Assembly: GCA_964402965.1 (NCBI GenBank)
Contig: CAYODY010000001.1
Coordinates: 72,002-136,001 of the forward strand
Source of the DNA: an uncultured Candidatus Saccharibacteria bacterium
Lineage (GTDB): Bacteria; Patescibacteriota; Doudnabacteria; UBA920
Reading direction: 5' to 3'
Length of the DNA stretch: 64,000 nucleotides
Numbering within the stretch: the first letter of the stretch is position 1; each line of letters opens with the position of its first letter. Made by a program: the position numbers and the translations under genes. This document shows, in pieces, positions 1 through 8,887 of the stretch. The notes under the pieces are model-generated. The model saw only the letters and a list, made by a program, of their open reading frames with translations, made no database searches and had not been told where the DNA came from.

Positions 1-213
1 TTTGCCATCAGAGTTTTCAGGCTTAATCTGTTCATCATCTTTCCTATTTAGCGAATACTCATATGTGTAATTCTCATCTGACTTGGATTCAGAAACTACA
101 GGAGTTTTGTCAGTTAAAGTCGTCTTTTTGTTAAACACTACAATAGCCAAAGCTATTAACGCGAGGATTGCAATAACGCCTGCGATTATTGCTATTATTT
201 TAAAATTTTTCAT
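1..213 (-). CDS. hypothetical membrane-anchored protein, N-terminal part only (continues past window start)
   Basis: Minus-strand ATG at 213-211 overlaps the rplI TGA stop (ATGA). It translates as [36 protein letters not shown]..., giving an N-terminal TM helix. The frame is open to the window edge and is not in the ORF track. Confidence 0.35.
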   Translation of the reverse strand, partial: MKNFKIIAIIAGVIAILALIALAIVVFNKKTTLTDKTPVVSESKSDENYTYEYSLNRKDDEQIKPENSDGK

Positions 214-656
214 AGTGCTTCGATGTTTAATTTAGTTTTAGCGTTTATCCCGTTGCCGAGTTTAATGTTTATGTTATGTATTCCGAGTTCTTTAATACCT
301 TTATGCGCATCTATTTGGTTTTTATCTAACTGAAGTTTTGTTTTTTGATATATGGCTTGAATAATATCTTTTTCGTGCACGCCACCAAACACCTGTCCCT
401 TGTCGCCTACTTTTACCTTGACTGTGAATGTTCTACGTTCAAGCTCTTTTTGTGTTTCTACGGCTTTTTGCAAATGTTTAGTTTGAGATGCAGACTTTTC
501 TTGCATTTCTTTTTGAAGTTTTTTCTGGGCTTCAGCAGAGGCAAATACAGCAAGTCCTTTTTTGAGCAGCATATTATTTGCTAGGCCGTCGGCGACATCT
601 TTAATCTCCCCTTTTTTGCCAATTTTTGGCACATCTTTGAGTAAAATGACTTTCAT
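210..656 (-). CDS. rplI: 50S ribosomal protein L9
   Basis: N-terminus [21 protein letters not shown] is the canonical L9 start. Size 148 aa. Confidence 0.93.
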   Translation of the reverse strand: MKVILLKDVPKIGKKGEIKDVADGLANNMLLKKGLAVFASAEAQKKLQKEMQEKSASQTKHLQKAVETQKELERRTFTVKVKVGDKGQVFGGVHEKDIIQAIYQKTKLQLDKNQIDAHKGIKELGIHNINIKLGNGINAKTKLNIEAL

Positions 657-749
657 AGGTATAAATAAATTACAAAAATAAAAAAACTCCCCATTCGAGA
701 GTTTTGGCTCTTTTTCAGTATACTACCACTTCAAAATCGGCGCAAGTTT

Positions 750-1667
750 TTACACTTTCAAATATTTACGCATCGCCATAAGGCTGGAAATGGTGCTGAG
801 AATGAAGGCAATGACCAATTGAACTAAGACAAGCAAAGCAAAAATTCCTAAACTTCCAGTAAATGTAGTGCCAGATGCTGTTAAATAGTGACTCACTTTT
901 GGAAGTAAAGTTGTATACACTGGGAATATAAGTGCGCTGGTAATGATGGTGGCAAGTAAGCTATACACCATTGCTTCTATTATGAATGGTCCACGAATGT
1001 ACCAATTTGTCGCTCCAACCAAACGCATAATTTCAACCTCTTCTCGGCGGTTGTAGATTGTTAGAGTAATGGTGTTGAAAATAACTAGAACTGCAATGCT
1101 AGAAAAGATGATAATTAGCACGATTCCAACAGTTACAATGAATTTTAGCAAGCCATTTAAACGTTCAATTAAAACTCTATTGTCTTCAAAGTTAATTTTT
1201 TCTATTGCAGATTGGTACTTGTCTGAGTTTAACATTTCTGCAATTGCTGGATATTCTTCTAGGTTTTTAGCTTTGATTTGAAGGGTTGCAGGTAATGGAT
1301 TTTCGTTCAATTGCCCAACTGACTCTAAAAGTAGAGGGTCATTGGCGTGATTCTCTTTAAACTGAGTTAACGCTTCTTCTGCAGAAACATAGTTAACGCT
1401 TGCAATTCTGCTGTCTGCAGAGAGTTGGTCGCGGATTTCAAAAATTTGGTTTTCGGCTAAACCGTTTTTAAAGTACGCGGAAATGTCTACGCGTTGTTGA
1501 ATTGTTCGAACAGATGAATTTGTAATTACAAACATTAAAGTCAACACAGAAAGTATTATGAGGGTAATTGTCATAATAAGTGTTGATGCCGCAGCTAACC
1601 AAACATTCCTACGGAAGTTGGTTAGACCCATGCGAATTATTCTGAAAAATGATACTGTATTTATCAC
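750..1667 (-). CDS. ftsX: cell division ABC transporter permease FtsX
   Basis: 305 aa with the FtsX-like permease topology (N-terminal TM, large extracytoplasmic loop, three C-terminal TMs). It lies immediately downstream of ftsE. Confidence 0.85.
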   Translation of the reverse strand: MINTVSFFRIIRMGLTNFRRNVWLAAASTLIMTITLIILSVLTLMFVITNSSVRTIQQRVDISAYFKNGLAENQIFEIRDQLSADSRIASVNYVSAEEALTQFKENHANDPLLLESVGQLNENPLPATLQIKAKNLEEYPAIAEMLNSDKYQSAIEKINFEDNRVLIERLNGLLKFIVTVGIVLIIIFSSIAVLVIFNTITLTIYNRREEVEIMRLVGATNWYIRGPFIIEAMVYSLLATIITSALIFPVYTTLLPKVSHYLTASGTTFTGSLGIFALLVLVQLVIAFILSTISSLMAMRKYLKV

Positions 1668-1678
1668 GTTAGTATAGT

Positions 1679-2356
1679 TTAAAGTTTGTACTTACCCTTT
1701 TCTTGTTCAATCGTAATCTGACCACCCTCAATAGTTATAACGCGCTTGTTGATTTTGTTTACAAGCTCCGAAGCATGAGTGGCAAGGATAACCGTTGTAC
1801 CAAGTTGGTTAATCTTCATTAATAAATCTAAAACCTCAGCTGCGTTTACTGCATCCAAGTTTCCTGTTGGCTCATCTGCTAAAAGTAGAACTGGACGATG
1901 AGCAAGAGAACGAGCAATAGCAACACGTTGGCGTTCTCCACCAGACATTTCGTTAGGGAAACTATCTCTTTTATGAAGAAGACCAACAAGTTCTAAAATT
2001 TTAGGGACATCTTTGTTGATTTTGTCTTTGGTGTGACCAGATACTTCCATAGCAAATGCAACATTTTCAAAAGCTGTGCGGCGTGGGAGTAGTTTAATGT
2101 CTTGAAAAACCATTCCAATCTTTCTGCGCAAGTAAGGTAGGTCAGTTTTTTTAACCTTAGACATATCTATTTCGTCAATGAGGATTTTACCATTGTCTAA
2201 ACTTTCCTCACCGATGATTAGTTTCATTAAAGTAGACTTCCCTGCTCCGGACATTCCGACAACAGAAATAAACTCTCCATGGTTAATTTGGAGATTGATG
2301 CCGTTTAGCGCTTTGTTTTTACCGTAGAATTTTGTTACGTTTTCAAATCGAATCAT
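1679..2356 (-). CDS. ftsE: cell division ATP-binding protein FtsE
   Basis: Walker A GMSGAGKST, ABC signature LSGGERQR and Walker B LLLADEPT. 225 aa, paired with ftsX. Confidence 0.9.
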   Translation of the reverse strand: MIRFENVTKFYGKNKALNGINLQINHGEFISVVGMSGAGKSTLMKLIIGEESLDNGKILIDEIDMSKVKKTDLPYLRRKIGMVFQDIKLLPRRTAFENVAFAMEVSGHTKDKINKDVPKILELVGLLHKRDSFPNEMSGGERQRVAIARSLAHRPVLLLADEPTGNLDAVNAAEVLDLLMKINQLGTTVILATHASELVNKINKRVITIEGGQITIEQEKGKYKL

Positions 2357-2432
2357 GTTGGCTTAATTATACCATAATTTTATGCTTACATACACAGTAC
2401 AAATGTAAATTACATTCGCAAAAGTGGATAAC

Positions 2433-2461
2433 TTGACGTTTTGTAAATATTATTGTATAAT
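2433..2461 (+). promoter_or_regulatory. sigma70-type promoter (TTGACG, 17-nt spacer, TATAAT) for the foreign ORF 2543-3019
   Basis: TTGACG at 2433-2438, a 17-nt spacer, then TATAAT at 2456-2461. A GGAGGA Shine-Dalgarno sits 6 nt before the ATG at 2543. A CCAGG-CGTCT-CCTGG hairpin lies in the leader at 2507-2521. Confidence 0.55.
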
Positions 2462-2542
2462 GCCAAAGTGATTTTTTGAAACGTTCATTGAATCACATAA
2501 ACGTTCCAGGCGTCTCCTGGTTTTGTATGATATGGAGGAAAT

Positions 2543-3019
2543 ATGAAAGACTTAAGCGATGCACGACCATCTGAAGTGCTCGTGGCTCATGGAAAAACGA
2601 CCAAGGTCGACGGCAAAATCTTTAGAACAAAGAAGATCGACAGGATCTACTTGTATGGAGTAGTTTCCGTGAATCTGAACCGCATCAGCCACAGGAGTAG
2701 TCTAACTGAAATCGAAAGAGGTGTCCTTTACTGGCACTTCTTCGGTGGCGAGAAAAAACATCAGTTGGACGATTCCTATCTGGCACAGTTCGGCCGACAT
2801 CTTGCTACATGTGAGATTTGCGTGAGCGAAATGCTCAAGCTTCCAAACTTTGTCGCCCTTGCGGATTGGGAAACTCTCGGGCAGGAACCTGATGACGACA
2901 TTCATCAGTCGTTCTCGGCTGAAGAGCACCGTTTTGACCAGGCCATCCCGAGCCATGTACTGGCGAACCAGATACGCTACGGCGACTGCCGGGACAGGTT
3001 CGACATTAACGACGATTAA
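2543..3019 (+). CDS. hypothetical protein with a compositionally foreign (higher-GC) gene and a putative H-x3-C-x2-C zinc-binding motif
   Basis: 158-aa ORF on the opposite strand to all its neighbours. GC is visibly higher than the flanks, with GC-rich codons (GCG, CGC, GGC). It has its own promoter, a strong SD and a terminator. It contains HLATCEIC (H-x3-C-x2-C) and an acidic C-terminus. I do not recognise the family. Confidence 0.5.
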   Translation: MKDLSDARPSEVLVAHGKTTKVDGKIFRTKKIDRIYLYGVVSVNLNRISHRSSLTEIERGVLYWHFFGGEKKHQLDDSYLAQFGRHLATCEICVSEMLKLPNFVALADWETLGQEPDDDIHQSFSAEEHRFDQAIPSHVLANQIRYGDCRDRFDINDD

Positions 3020-3046
3020 ATTTACGGTCGTCGCAACAACTTTAAA

Positions 3047-3081
3047 GGTTGCACTCTCACGAGTCGCAACCTTTTTTATTT
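3047..3081 (+). terminator. rho-independent terminator after ORF 2543-3019
   Basis: GGTTGCACTC-tcac-GAGTcGCAACC stem (10 bp, one bulge) followed by TTTTTTATTT. Confidence 0.7.
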
Positions 3082-3083
3082 AT

Positions 3084-4175
3084 CTATTGTATTTGACTTT
3101 CTAAATACTTTTCTACAAAGTTATCTAAGTTTCCATTTAGGACTTTATCTGGATCTGTTTCTTCGTATTCTGTGCGATGGTCTTTGACTAATTTGTATGG
3201 GTGTAAAACATAACTACGAATTTGATTCCCCCACTCTGCACTTTTGAATTCCCCGCGGAGTTCTTTTTTTTCTTTGGCTTTCTTTTCATCTTCCAAAGCT
3301 TGCAAGCGCGCGCGAAGAATTTTCATTGCGACTTCTTTGTTTTGATGCTGACTTCGCTCGTTTTGAATACTAACTTTAATTCCAGTAGGAATATGAGTAA
3401 TGGTAATGGCGCTATAGGTCGTGTTTACACTTTGCCCACCTGCACCACTGCTGGTTGAAGCTTTAATTTCTATATCTTTAGGATCAATAGTAATAGCTTC
3501 GGCTTCTTCTAATTGAGGCAGTAGTTCAAGAAGTGCAAAAGATGTTTCGCGAGTATGAGCTGGGTTGAACGGTGATTGTCTAACTAGTCTGTGCACTCCT
3601 GCTTCACTTTTTAGTAAACCATATGCAAAAGGTCCACGCGCTTCAACGGTCACAGATTTTATGCCTGCTTCACCGCCCTTAGACTGGTCGATAATCTCTG
3701 TGTGTAATCCTTTTTGTTCACAGTATCTTAGGTATTGTCTGAGTAACATTTCTGCCCAGTCTTGAGCATCTGTTCCCCCAGCACCTGCATGAATGGAGAA
3801 GATTGCATTATGGTCGTCGTATTGTTTAGACATCAAAACAATAAGCCGATTTTTTACATAGCGCTCTTCTATTTCTGAAACCTGTTTTTCTAGATAGCCA
3901 ACTGTTTCTTCGCTTTCGTCTGTGTTGCTAGTTACAAGCTCTTGGAGTTCTATTAGATTATTTTCAATTGATGACCAAAAATCCACGAACTCTTTAAGTC
4001 CGTTATACTCTTGAGTAATGCTTTGCGCAGTTTCTGGATTATCCCAAAAGTTTGGGACCTGCATTTTATCTTCTAGTTCCAGAATACGTTGTTCTTTCTG
4101 ATCTAAATTCAGCTGGCTCTTTAAATCTTGAACCTGTTGAAGTAAATTTGTAAGTCTTTTAGTGAGTTCGTTCAT
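3084..4175 (-). CDS. prfB: peptide chain release factor 2, uninterrupted (no programmed +1 frameshift)
   Basis: GGQ motif (SGAGGQSVN) and the RF2-specific SPF tripeptide in GVHRLVRQSPFNPAHTRETSFA, which matches the E. coli RF2 SPF region. 363 aa, continuous reading frame. Confidence 0.92.
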   Translation of the reverse strand: MNELTKRLTNLLQQVQDLKSQLNLDQKEQRILELEDKMQVPNFWDNPETAQSITQEYNGLKEFVDFWSSIENNLIELQELVTSNTDESEETVGYLEKQVSEIEERYVKNRLIVLMSKQYDDHNAIFSIHAGAGGTDAQDWAEMLLRQYLRYCEQKGLHTEIIDQSKGGEAGIKSVTVEARGPFAYGLLKSEAGVHRLVRQSPFNPAHTRETSFALLELLPQLEEAEAITIDPKDIEIKASTSSGAGGQSVNTTYSAITITHIPTGIKVSIQNERSQHQNKEVAMKILRARLQALEDEKKAKEKKELRGEFKSAEWGNQIRSYVLHPYKLVKDHRTEYEETDPDKVLNGNLDNFVEKYLESQIQ

Positions 4176-4212
4176 GGGTTTATTATACTGGAAATCTTGC
4201 TTTAAAAATAGG

Positions 4213-4245
4213 TAAGAAAAACCTCTCCAACTTGTGTAGGAGAGG
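4213..4245 (-). terminator. rho-independent terminator downstream of folA (end of the dcd-tmk-thyA-folA operon)
   Basis: On the minus strand: CCTCTCC-tacacaagtt-GGAGAGG followed by TTTTTCTTACCTATTTTT. Confidence 0.6.
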
Positions 4246-4268
4246 CTTTGATGCAGGACTAACTATAG

Positions 4269-4802
4269 TCAGTCCTGGCGTTTTGTATAGGTTATGAAGT
4301 CAAAAATTAATCCATCGGGAGTTTTGTGAGATTCAAAATCTGCAGGATACCAAATCACTGGATCAATTTCTGGGAAGTACCTAAGTTCTCGCATCCCTTC
4401 CGTTGGAAAGGATTTGGCAATTTCAGTGACTTCGATTTCTTCAACTAGCGGCATTGCAGCTTCATAAAGACTTGCACCACCACAAACATAAATGTCTTTA
4501 CCAAAAAATTCACCAACTAGGGTTTCATTTTGGCAAAGAGCAAGGGCTTGCTCTAGGTTAGGGGCAACTAGGACATCATCAGGAACTTCGTAACCAGCAT
4601 TGCTAGTCACTACAATTGTTTTTCTCCCAGAGAGCGGTCTAAACTTGATGGGAATTGATTCCCAAGTTACCCGGCCCATGATGCAAATATTGCCCATGGT
4701 TTTGGCTTTGAAATGCGCCATATCCTCCGAGAGTTGCCAAATGATTTTGCCGCCCGCACCAATTAAGTTGTTCGCGTCTAACGCGACGATTGCTTTGATC
4801 AT
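4269..4802 (-). CDS. folA: dihydrofolate reductase
   Basis: MIKAIVALDANNLIGAGGKIIWQLSEDMAHFKAKTMGNICIMGRVTWESIP is the typical DHFR N-terminus. 177 aa. Confidence 0.9.
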   Translation of the reverse strand: MIKAIVALDANNLIGAGGKIIWQLSEDMAHFKAKTMGNICIMGRVTWESIPIKFRPLSGRKTIVVTSNAGYEVPDDVLVAPNLEQALALCQNETLVGEFFGKDIYVCGGASLYEAAMPLVEEIEVTEIAKSFPTEGMRELRYFPEIDPVIWYPADFESHKTPDGLIFDFITYTKRQD

Positions 4803-4810
4803 AGTACTCC

Positions 4811-5668
4811 TTAAACAGAAACAGGTGCTGAGATTTTCCCTTGATGATTGTAATTAATGAGTTCGATGTTTTCTTTGCGGAATTTCATCAAACCATCAAA
4901 ACCCTTAAAATCCTCTGCGCCTATAAATTGGAGAGTAGGAAGTTCTCCTGGTGTTCGGGAAAGTTGTTCTTCAACTTGATCAACATGGTCGTTGTAAATA
5001 TGAGCGTCCCCGAAAGTATGGATAAATTTCCGCGGTTTCATTCCCATCGTATGCGCGATCATGCAAGTGAGGAGTGCATACGATGAAATATTGAACGGTA
5101 CTCCCAAGAAAAAGTCCGCACTCCGTTGGTACAGTTTGCAAGACAGATGTTGCTCTCCGTTGATTACATCAACCTTGAATTGGAACAAGGTGTGGCAAGG
5201 TGGCAGAGCCACGTTGTCAGCTTCAGCAGGATCCCATCCACTTACGATGTGGCGCCTTGAGTTCGGTTTGTTCTCCAGTTCTCGGTACAACCGTTGAATT
5301 TGGTCGTAACCATTTTTTTCGGGGTAGTCACCGCCGAAACTGCGCCATGTGTAGCCGTAGATTGGACCAAGATCGTTTTCTTCTCGACCGAATCGTGTGG
5401 TTTGTTCTGCAGTCGCCCAGTCATCCCAAATTGTGATATTTTTTTCCTTGAGCGTGGCGTTGTTAGTGTCCCCTGAAAGAAACCAAAAAAGTTCCTCAGC
5501 GACCCAGCGAAACGGAACACTCTTGGTGGTCATAATTGGGAAACCCTTGGTCAAGTCGAACGACATTTGAACTTCACCAAAGAGCGATGTAGTTCCTGTG
5601 CCAGTTCGGTCATCGTGTTTCACGCCATCTCGCAAGATTTGACGTAGAGCATCTTGATATTGTTTCAT
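4811..5668 (-). CDS. thyA: thymidylate synthase ThyA
   Basis: Highly conserved ThyA sequence (DRTGTGT, the catalytic Cys in ALPPCH, FGDAHIY). 285 aa. Confidence 0.95.
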   Translation of the reverse strand: MKQYQDALRQILRDGVKHDDRTGTGTTSLFGEVQMSFDLTKGFPIMTTKSVPFRWVAEELFWFLSGDTNNATLKEKNITIWDDWATAEQTTRFGREENDLGPIYGYTWRSFGGDYPEKNGYDQIQRLYRELENKPNSRRHIVSGWDPAEADNVALPPCHTLFQFKVDVINGEQHLSCKLYQRSADFFLGVPFNISSYALLTCMIAHTMGMKPRKFIHTFGDAHIYNDHVDQVEEQLSRTPGELPTLQFIGAEDFKGFDGLMKFRKENIELINYNHQGKISAPVSV

Positions 5669-5677
5669 TGTTTTCTC

Positions 5678-6412
5678 CTATTTTACAAGATTGGTTGGTT
5701 CAACATCTTTGAGTGCGATTCGGCGTACAAGTTCCCAAACTTTCGTGTGAACTTGTTGCGGGGTTAGCAAAACACCATTTTCTACACACTCAATCAGACG
5801 TGTGTTGGGAAATAGTTCAGCAATTTCGAGGTATACCGCTTCAGCACGTTTGAGATGTTCTGGATCGTTTTCGTGAATATCGCGCTTACGATTTTCAGAT
5901 ACTGATCGTTTTTCGATCAATTCCAAAGTCATTTCCATTGGAATGTGCAAAATGATGTTTAGATCAGGCTTCGGAATATTGAAAGTTCCAAATTCCAAAT
6001 TGTCTAACCATTTGTAGAACTTGATGCGTTCATCTCGATTGACAATTTTACCACCCTGATGACCTGCGTTGGAAGTGACGTATCTGTTTGTAATTACAGT
6101 CTTGCCACTCTGAAGCATCTCGCGAAGTTTAAAACTCGCGTCGAATCTATCTACCGCATAAAATATAGAAGCAGCTTCGGCATTCAGGTTTCCAAAATCT
6201 CCAGCAAGATACTTCTCCAACATCGCTGCGGAAGGTTGTCCGTACTGTGGAAAATCAAACATCGAAAAATCGTACCCAGAAACCTCGAGTGTCTTAGCCA
6301 ATAGGTCTGTTTGAGTTTTTTTCCCACTACCATCAGTACCATCAAGAACGATGAACTTGCCTGGTTGTGAAACCTTCTCCTTGTTGGATTTTCCGAAAAG
6401 TCTTTTTATCAT
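5678..6412 (-). CDS. tmk: thymidylate (dTMP) kinase
   Basis: P-loop FIVLDGTDGSGKKTQ is typical of Tmk. 244 aa. Confidence 0.8.
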   Translation of the reverse strand: MIKRLFGKSNKEKVSQPGKFIVLDGTDGSGKKTQTDLLAKTLEVSGYDFSMFDFPQYGQPSAAMLEKYLAGDFGNLNAEAASIFYAVDRFDASFKLREMLQSGKTVITNRYVTSNAGHQGGKIVNRDERIKFYKWLDNLEFGTFNIPKPDLNIILHIPMEMTLELIEKRSVSENRKRDIHENDPEHLKRAEAVYLEIAELFPNTRLIECVENGVLLTPQQVHTKVWELVRRIALKDVEPTNLVK

Positions 6413-6483
6413 AACTTATTTTCCTCCTTTATTAAGTTAAATAACTTTGTAAAGGATAGCCCCTATCCATATTAACTGTCAAA

Positions 6484-7077
6484 CTACTTTTTAAACTTAA
6501 TCCATTCATTATTCTTCAGGAAGTTTTTGTAGTACTGTGATGCTTGTGGTTTCATAGCGCCGTAGTATTTACTTCCTAACTTCCCTTTTCCGTATGGGGT
6601 ATCTGCTTTGGAAGATAGATTGATGAATGTCATTTGCCCTATCGGCATTTTGTAGTAAAGTTTTATTGGTAGCTCTGCAATATTGTGTAGTTCTAAAGTA
6701 ATGCGTAATTTATTTCCTGGGTCTATGTATCCTGCAGTAGCGTGAACTATTAAACCAATTCTGCCTAGACTAGATTTTCCGTCTAAGTGGCCCACAACAT
6801 CATCCCCTAGTCCAATAACTTCATATGTCATTCCGAGTGCGAATTGTCCTGGATGCAAAATGAAGTGAGATTTTTCATCTATCTTCACTTTGTCCATCAT
6901 GTTGTCTATATTTTCTTTAGGGTCAATGCAGATTTGGTCGCGAGTTTTAAATACCATAAAGTCTGCACCAAGATGAACATCGACACTGGCTGGTTGAATA
7001 GCTTTTGGGAATAATGGGTCTACAACTATTCGTCCGGTTTTGAGTGATTTTTTGATGTCTTTGTCTGATAGGATCAT
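6484..7077 (-). CDS. dcd: dCTP deaminase
   Basis: MILSDKDIKKSLKTGRIVVDPLFPKAIQPASVDVHLG is the dCTP deaminase/dUTPase fold. 197 aa. Confidence 0.88.
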   Translation of the reverse strand: MILSDKDIKKSLKTGRIVVDPLFPKAIQPASVDVHLGADFMVFKTRDQICIDPKENIDNMMDKVKIDEKSHFILHPGQFALGMTYEVIGLGDDVVGHLDGKSSLGRIGLIVHATAGYIDPGNKLRITLELHNIAELPIKLYYKMPIGQMTFINLSSKADTPYGKGKLGSKYYGAMKPQASQYYKNFLKNNEWIKFKK

Positions 7078-7189
7078 ATGTTTTTGTGTTAAGATGTCCC
7101 CCTTTTTTAAGGGTTAAATTAGCGTTTAATTGGCTATGAGCAAATTTAATGTTCTAAGCTCACTAAATTGTACCATAGATTTAGGTGTT

Positions 7190-7217
7190 AAAAAACAGCC
7201 CAGAAAGGCTGTTTTTT
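7190..7217 (-). terminator. bidirectional rho-independent terminator between rplA and dcd
   Basis: AAAAAA-CAGCC-cagaaa-GGCTG-TTTTTT. Confidence 0.65.
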
Positions 7218-7228
7218 AGTTCAAACAC

Positions 7229-7912
7229 TTAAGCTTTAAAGCGGATTCCAGGTCCCATTGTGGAGTTTAAAGTAGTGCTGATTACGTAGGATCGTTTTAT
7301 TGCAGCTGGCTTAACAGAATGTAAAGCTTCCATGAATGTTTTAAGATTCTCTTCAAGTTTTGCAGAATCGAAATCGGTTTTACCAATTACTTGGTGCACG
7401 TTTCCAGAATTGTCGTTCTTGAAGCTAACTTTACCACCAGCAATTTCTTTGATAGCAGTTGCGATGTTTTCAGAAACTGTTCCTGTTTTTGGGTTAGGCA
7501 TCATACCTCTTGTTCCCAAAATTTTTGCAATTTGTGCAAGTTTAGGCATCATTGCAGGTTCTGCTACAGCAATATCGAAATCAGTTTTTTCTGTTTCCTT
7601 AATTTGCTTAATTAATTCTTCGCCACCAGCAATTGTCGCTCCAGCAGCTAACGCAGCTGCTTCGTTTGTTTCTGTAACGAATGCAGCAATTTTGCGGGTC
7701 TTCCCTGTTCCGTTAGGCAAAGTTACTGAACCTCTAATTGCTTGGTCAGTTTTCTTTGCATCGATTCCAGTTTTAATGTGAACTTCGATTGAACCAACAA
7801 ACTTTGTTGTTGCAGTTTTCTTTGCTAATTCAATAGCTTCTGCAATTGAGTAGACTTTTTCTTTATCAACTTGTTCCGAGTTAGCCTTGGCGCGTTTAGA
7901 TATGATGGACAT
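7229..7912 (-). CDS. rplA: 50S ribosomal protein L1
   Basis: Conserved L1 sequence, 227 aa. Typical position in the L11-L1 operon. Confidence 0.93.
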   Translation of the reverse strand: MSIISKRAKANSEQVDKEKVYSIAEAIELAKKTATTKFVGSIEVHIKTGIDAKKTDQAIRGSVTLPNGTGKTRKIAAFVTETNEAAALAAGATIAGGEELIKQIKETEKTDFDIAVAEPAMMPKLAQIAKILGTRGMMPNPKTGTVSENIATAIKEIAGGKVSFKNDNSGNVHQVIGKTDFDSAKLEENLKTFMEALHSVKPAAIKRSYVISTTLNSTMGPGIRFKA

Positions 7913-7978
7913 AAAATTTCCTTTCGTGGTAGAACGAGTTTGGTTTTTAAACCTTGCTCTCCCACGTTAATTAATAGA

Positions 7979-8320
7979 TTAAACTTCTTTTCTAGCAAGT
8001 CTCCAGTGATACAAGAATACAGGCGTTGCAATTAGAATCATAGACATTGCCTGAGCGGCATCGCTTTGTTTCTGTGCATTGCTCATATTTTTTGCGTAAT
8101 TGGGGTCAGAACATTCTGGAGATTGTGCAACTACGGTTCCGTCAGGATTTTTTACTTCCTGAGGACAGTAAACATTCTGATACGTTAATTCATCGGCTTT
8201 CGGGAACACCCAAGTTTTGATTCCTAGGTTGATGAGCATTATCCCAGCTATTACTAGAATAACTAAAGATATAAGCGAGACTAAGTATAAATATACTTTT
8301 TTTATCCAAGAGAGGTTCAT
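7979..8320 (-). CDS. small two-TM membrane protein inserted between rplK and rplA
   Basis: 113 aa with two hydrophobic helices flanking a Cys-containing polar loop. Tight spacing: 10 nt after rplK and 66 nt before rplA. Confidence 0.5.
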   Translation of the reverse strand: MNLSWIKKVYLYLVSLISLVILVIAGIMLINLGIKTWVFPKADELTYQNVYCPQEVKNPDGTVVAQSPECSDPNYAKNMSNAQKQSDAAQAMSMILIATPVFLYHWRLARKEV

Positions 8321-8330
8321 ATGAGCTCCT

Positions 8331-8756
8331 TTACTCGGTAACGTCTACTCCCATAGAGCGGGCAGTACCGCGAATTATTTTTTCTGCTTGCTCGATGCTG
8401 TTTGCATTCAAGTCAGGCATTTTCTTCTCTGCAATTTCACGAATTTGTGCTGCAGAAATTTTTCCAACTTTTGTAGTTAGAGGGTTTCCACTTCCCTTTG
8501 CTAAACCAATCGTTTTCATGATTAGGTTAGAAGCTGGTGGAGTCTTAAGTATGAAGTCGAAACTACGATCTTCATAAATAGTCATTTCAACGGGGATAAT
8601 CAGATCTCCCATAGGAGCTGTTTTATCGTTGAATTGTTTGGTAAAGTCCGCGATGTTAATACCATGGGGCCCAAGGGCGGTACCAACAGGTGGAGCTGCA
8701 GTTGCTTTTCCGGCAGGAAGTTGCAACTTTACCATTGACTTAACTTTTTTTGCCAT
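8331..8756 (-). CDS. rplK: 50S ribosomal protein L11
   Basis: [25 protein letters not shown] is the canonical L11 sequence. 141 aa. Confidence 0.95.
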   Translation of the reverse strand: MAKKVKSMVKLQLPAGKATAAPPVGTALGPHGINIADFTKQFNDKTAPMGDLIIPVEMTIYEDRSFDFILKTPPASNLIMKTIGLAKGSGNPLTTKVGKISAAQIREIAEKKMPDLNANSIEQAEKIIRGTARSMGVDVTE

Positions 8757-8887
8757 TGTCTTGAGTAGTAATCCTTCTTAGGGACGAGACCGCACTCGTA
8801 AGTGCAAGCCGACTACTTATATTAATGATAATCCAATTATGGATTTTACACGGAGCTTTATTTCAAAGCTCCGAAAAAATTCACAAT

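Noticed and set aside
3084-4175. Looked for the RF2 programmed frameshift site (CUU UGA C near codon 25)
   Set aside because: The reading frame is continuous, so there is no frameshift cassette.
7332-7781. Plus-strand 149-aa ORF inside rplA. Similar antisense ORFs occur at 14706-15110, 20831-21433, 31160-31534, 31992-32435 and 61687-62145
   Set aside because: All are antisense shadows of well-supported conserved minus-strand genes, with low-complexity translations.
8840-8875. Hairpin GGAGCTTTatttcAAAGCTCC between nusG and rplK, considered as a terminator
   Set aside because: The U-run is on the wrong side for either strand. It is more likely part of the rplK leader structure.
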